Positions 60,796-64,000 of a DNA stretch of 64,000 bases are shown here, one piece after another. Each line of letters opens with the position of its first letter. Positions within the stretch are counted from its first letter, which is position 1. Below the pieces are notes generated by a model, which saw only the letters and a list, made by a program, of their open reading frames with translations, was not told where the DNA came from and made no database searches. Source of the stretch: Eledone cirrhosa (taxonomy: Eukaryota); contig OZ024741.1 in assembly GCA_964016885.1 (NCBI GenBank), positions 97,774,001 through 97,838,000 on the forward strand, given 5' to 3'. Both the position numbers and the translations under genes were made by a program.

Positions 60796-60875
60796 CTTTC
60801 AAATAAGAGTTTTACCTATCCACACATTAAGTCTGGTTGCATGATGTGTCCTGGTGACTCCCTGGAATTGAAACA
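60796..60875 (+). CDS. Candidate internal exon of an unidentified host gene
   Basis: Acceptor ttccattttaatcAG, donor ACA/GTGAGT, open frame LSNKSFTYPHIKSGCMMCPGDSLELK. Its phase-0 start is compatible with the 26771-26855 candidate. Confidence 0.3.
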
Positions 60876-61343
60876 GTGAGTAATACTCTGCAATCTGGAC
60901 TATTGTCCGAAGAATTGGAACACTTTTCGTGGATACCAGCAATGCCCCAATACATAAATATACATTCATAGTTAATGGCTGCTTGTATTATTGGGTGTAT
61001 CTGTACATACATTTCTGTATTTTTTTACATGTGTAAGTATGATTCCATAAGTTTCTTATTTGTATCCTCTCTCTTTATGCATATATAATGCATAAATACA
61101 CACATGCAAACCCACGTGCATACATGTTTATACTCTTATTAATAGCAAACATTTTCAGGTTTTTATTTGGTCTTACGGTATATTCATAGATAAGCGATAG
61201 AAATGTTTTTATCTTAATTTCCCTAGGTATTTCGCTTTACTTTTACAATAAAATCACATAAAATATATACACACGCAACGCGTGCGCGCACACATACGCA
61301 AATACTGTACACTCACTGTGTATATATATATATTTAGTAGCTA

Positions 61344-61530
61344 TAATTGTTTATACTTTTGGCACAAGGCCAGCAATTATCCCAGTATATTACTGGTACT
61401 TTATTTTATCGACCCTGTAAGTATGAAAGGCAAAGTTAACCTCGGCGGGATTTGAACTCAGATCATAAAGGGAGGTAACTCTATGCTTCAATGCATGGCG
61501 TCCGACCCTGTACCGATACGGCCAATCCAC
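61344..61530 (-). mobile_element. tRNA-derived SINE, near full length
   Basis: Collinear with 19550-19733. Confidence 0.8.
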
Positions 61531-62299
61531 GTTATAATGAAAAATTGAAATACAACTCATTACGAAACTGGTTATTACAAAACTAATCAAATAATCACTA
61601 TTTCTACAAATATACCTATTCACAAAAATATAGTCTACTCTGTCTTATATATTCTGTTGATATATTTATATGTATATACATGTATATATATGTGTGTGTG
61701 TGTGTATGTGTATGTGTGCGTGTGTGTATGTGTGTGTGTGTGTGTATGTGTGTGCGTGTGTGTGCGTGTGTGTGTGTGGTGTATGTGCGGGATGTGTCTG
61801 TATGTGGGTATTAGTACAACAAGTTTCGTTGCCCACGCGTCAAGAGGAATGGATCGCATTTCCTGTGAATTATTTTCCTTCCCTCATTAGTTAGCTATCC
61901 GTCATACAGTAACTCCTTGCTTTCTACTGCCCCAAAATTACATTTTGTAAGCAGAGGAAACTGGCAGTGAGATGTTTTTTTTTCTTTGAAATTATTGATG
62001 TACTTTCCATTGATTAAAAAAATGTTCTGTTATATAATATATCAATTTAATTTGAAATTAAATTGCAATGTAAATATAAGCTACAACTAAAGTGGAAATG
62101 CGTGAGAGGAAACCCAGATGATTAATATTACTAAAAAGAGAAAATAAATCTAACATTGCGGTGGAGGGGGATAAGCAGCTTGTAGATAAATTCATTCATT
62201 CAAAAGAGGAGGACAATGTGAAAATACAAACACAAAACTATGCATTATGTATCATATATCATACTAAAGAATGCTGTTCAAATGATATCATATACCGTC

Positions 62300-62352
<53 letters not shown>

Positions 62353-62834
62353 CTTTATGCGTGTGTACACACACATATATATATATAGTGTTTGGAAATG
62401 TTAAGGAAACATAAGCATAAGGCAATTCCTCGCTTCAGAGTTTTGAAGTGGGTCTCTTATGTTTCGACGCATTAAAGACAATATATCTCTCCACAGTGCG
62501 TTAATAACTTCAGGTAGTTTTAAGGGAAGGAGAAGACAAAAAAAGAGATGATAATGAAGAGAAAGAAAATAAACAGAAGAAGACAGAAAACATATCGATA
62601 TAGAATGAAAAACACGAGACAGTAGTACATGGATGTAGGAATAACCAAGAAGAGAAAGGAAGAGTTAAAAAGGCAACCGTGTGTAAGCCCTGAAACGTTA
62701 TTAACAGCACGAGAGAGAGAGAAAAGAAACTACGTTTGATCTTAGCAAGAACAGGCGTAAAGAGGGAGTTACGAAGGAAAACGGAAGTAGTAAGGAAGCA
62801 GAGAGAGAGAGAGGGGAGAAAGGGGATAGATAGT

Positions 62835-62895
<61 letters not shown>

Positions 62896-63179
62896 AAAGA
62901 GGGAGAAATGTATAAGGCAAAGAGTTAATGCAAATGGTAGGACTGAAGCCCAAAACCGGGATAACAACAACAAGCGAGATAGAGAGAATAGAAAGAAGGT
63001 CACAGTAATAAATTAATAAGAATTAAAAAGGACAGTAAGCTGTTTGGTTAGTAATAAAGTCTGTTTAGATATGTTTGGACTCATTAAAGTCAATACATCT
63101 ATCCACAGTGGATAGGCCGCTTATATTTGCGATCGTATACTTTTTGTCATTACCCAATATTCCTGACCACATGTAAGGG

Positions 63180-63492
63180 CTTGCATGAATACAGATTAAA
63201 GATTGTTTGGCTTTTACGCCTACCTCCCTTCTTCTGAATGCTGAATCTGACGCATTACACCAGCTCCTACAATTCTTCCGTGAACATGACCTAGAGATAT
63301 TTGAACTTCTCTACCTGCTTCAGTGGAACTCCAGTTACATGTAGAGTGTACTGCGCAGGCTTCTTTGAGGGACGAGCGTCTCAGTTTTCGCAGCACTGAT
63401 GTTCATTCCAGCCATGCAAAACTCGACATCCAACTTATCGAGTGCCAGTCGGAGATCTTCTGCCGAGTTAAGTAACACCATGTCGTCGAATG
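63180..63492 (-). mobile_element. Decayed RTE LINE RT fragment
   Basis: FDDMVLL...PLKQVEKFKYL. Confidence 0.6.
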
Positions 63493-64000
63493 ATACTATA
63501 AAACAAAATCAACAAACAAACATTTATATTTCTGTGGATTTGAAAGAGTTGAAATTCGTCGAAAATGTAGAAAATCTCCAAAACAGGAAATTATGTATTG
63601 ACATAGTGTAAACAATCGGGTAAAATATACCTGTAGGTGGAAAACGTGACAAGATGATTTACAGGGAATCTAAGCTATATTGCCATCAATGTATATTTAC
63701 AAATGTTGTGAATTGGAATTTTATATTTAGCTTTATTTATGACGGTAACTATCATAAAATATTGTCTAGATCAATTTGATAGAATCAGAGTTCGTTTATC
63801 TGTAGCAGCTGCTGCCGACATTTTCCATCTAGAGGGACGTTTTACCAGGTTGTCAAAGTTGTGTTCACAGCTATTTGCGTTCGAGATATTCTACACTTTC
63901 TATATATACACATACTTTGAAACAACAACAGTAATCAGGCCTGGATATTTACTATAGAATTTTAATTCCACGAAAGCTCTATATATATTCCGGTGCCCCA

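Overview
AT-rich eukaryotic (animal) DNA, saturated with (TA)n, (CA)n, (TC)n and (GAA)n microsatellites. The SINE family and repeat landscape suggest an octopod cephalopod (inference). There is no confident host gene, only two weak phase-compatible candidate exons. Most listed ORFs are microsatellite artefacts. The window is dominated by Penelope-like retroelements (PLEs): several Naiad-type RT/GIY-YIG copies (one full-length but decayed, 30303-33240), Neptune/Poseidon-like fragments and many non-coding pLTR-only derivatives. It also holds RTE and CRE LINE remnants, a deleted mariner and tRNA-derived SINEs. Reading by eye, I find about 25 type I hammerhead ribozyme motifs from about 14 unrelated sequence families, many with palindromic minimal stem III. 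Most sit in fold-back elements inserted in (TA)n. These elements show a reproducible asymmetry: one arm carries a 60-80 nt tail and the inverted arm starts at a fixed internal position. Also seen are two twin-priming-like inversions, an NRF1-type motif upstream of the ribozyme in three families, and tandem retrozyme-like units. All alignments and folds were done by eye, so coordinates may be off by a few bases.
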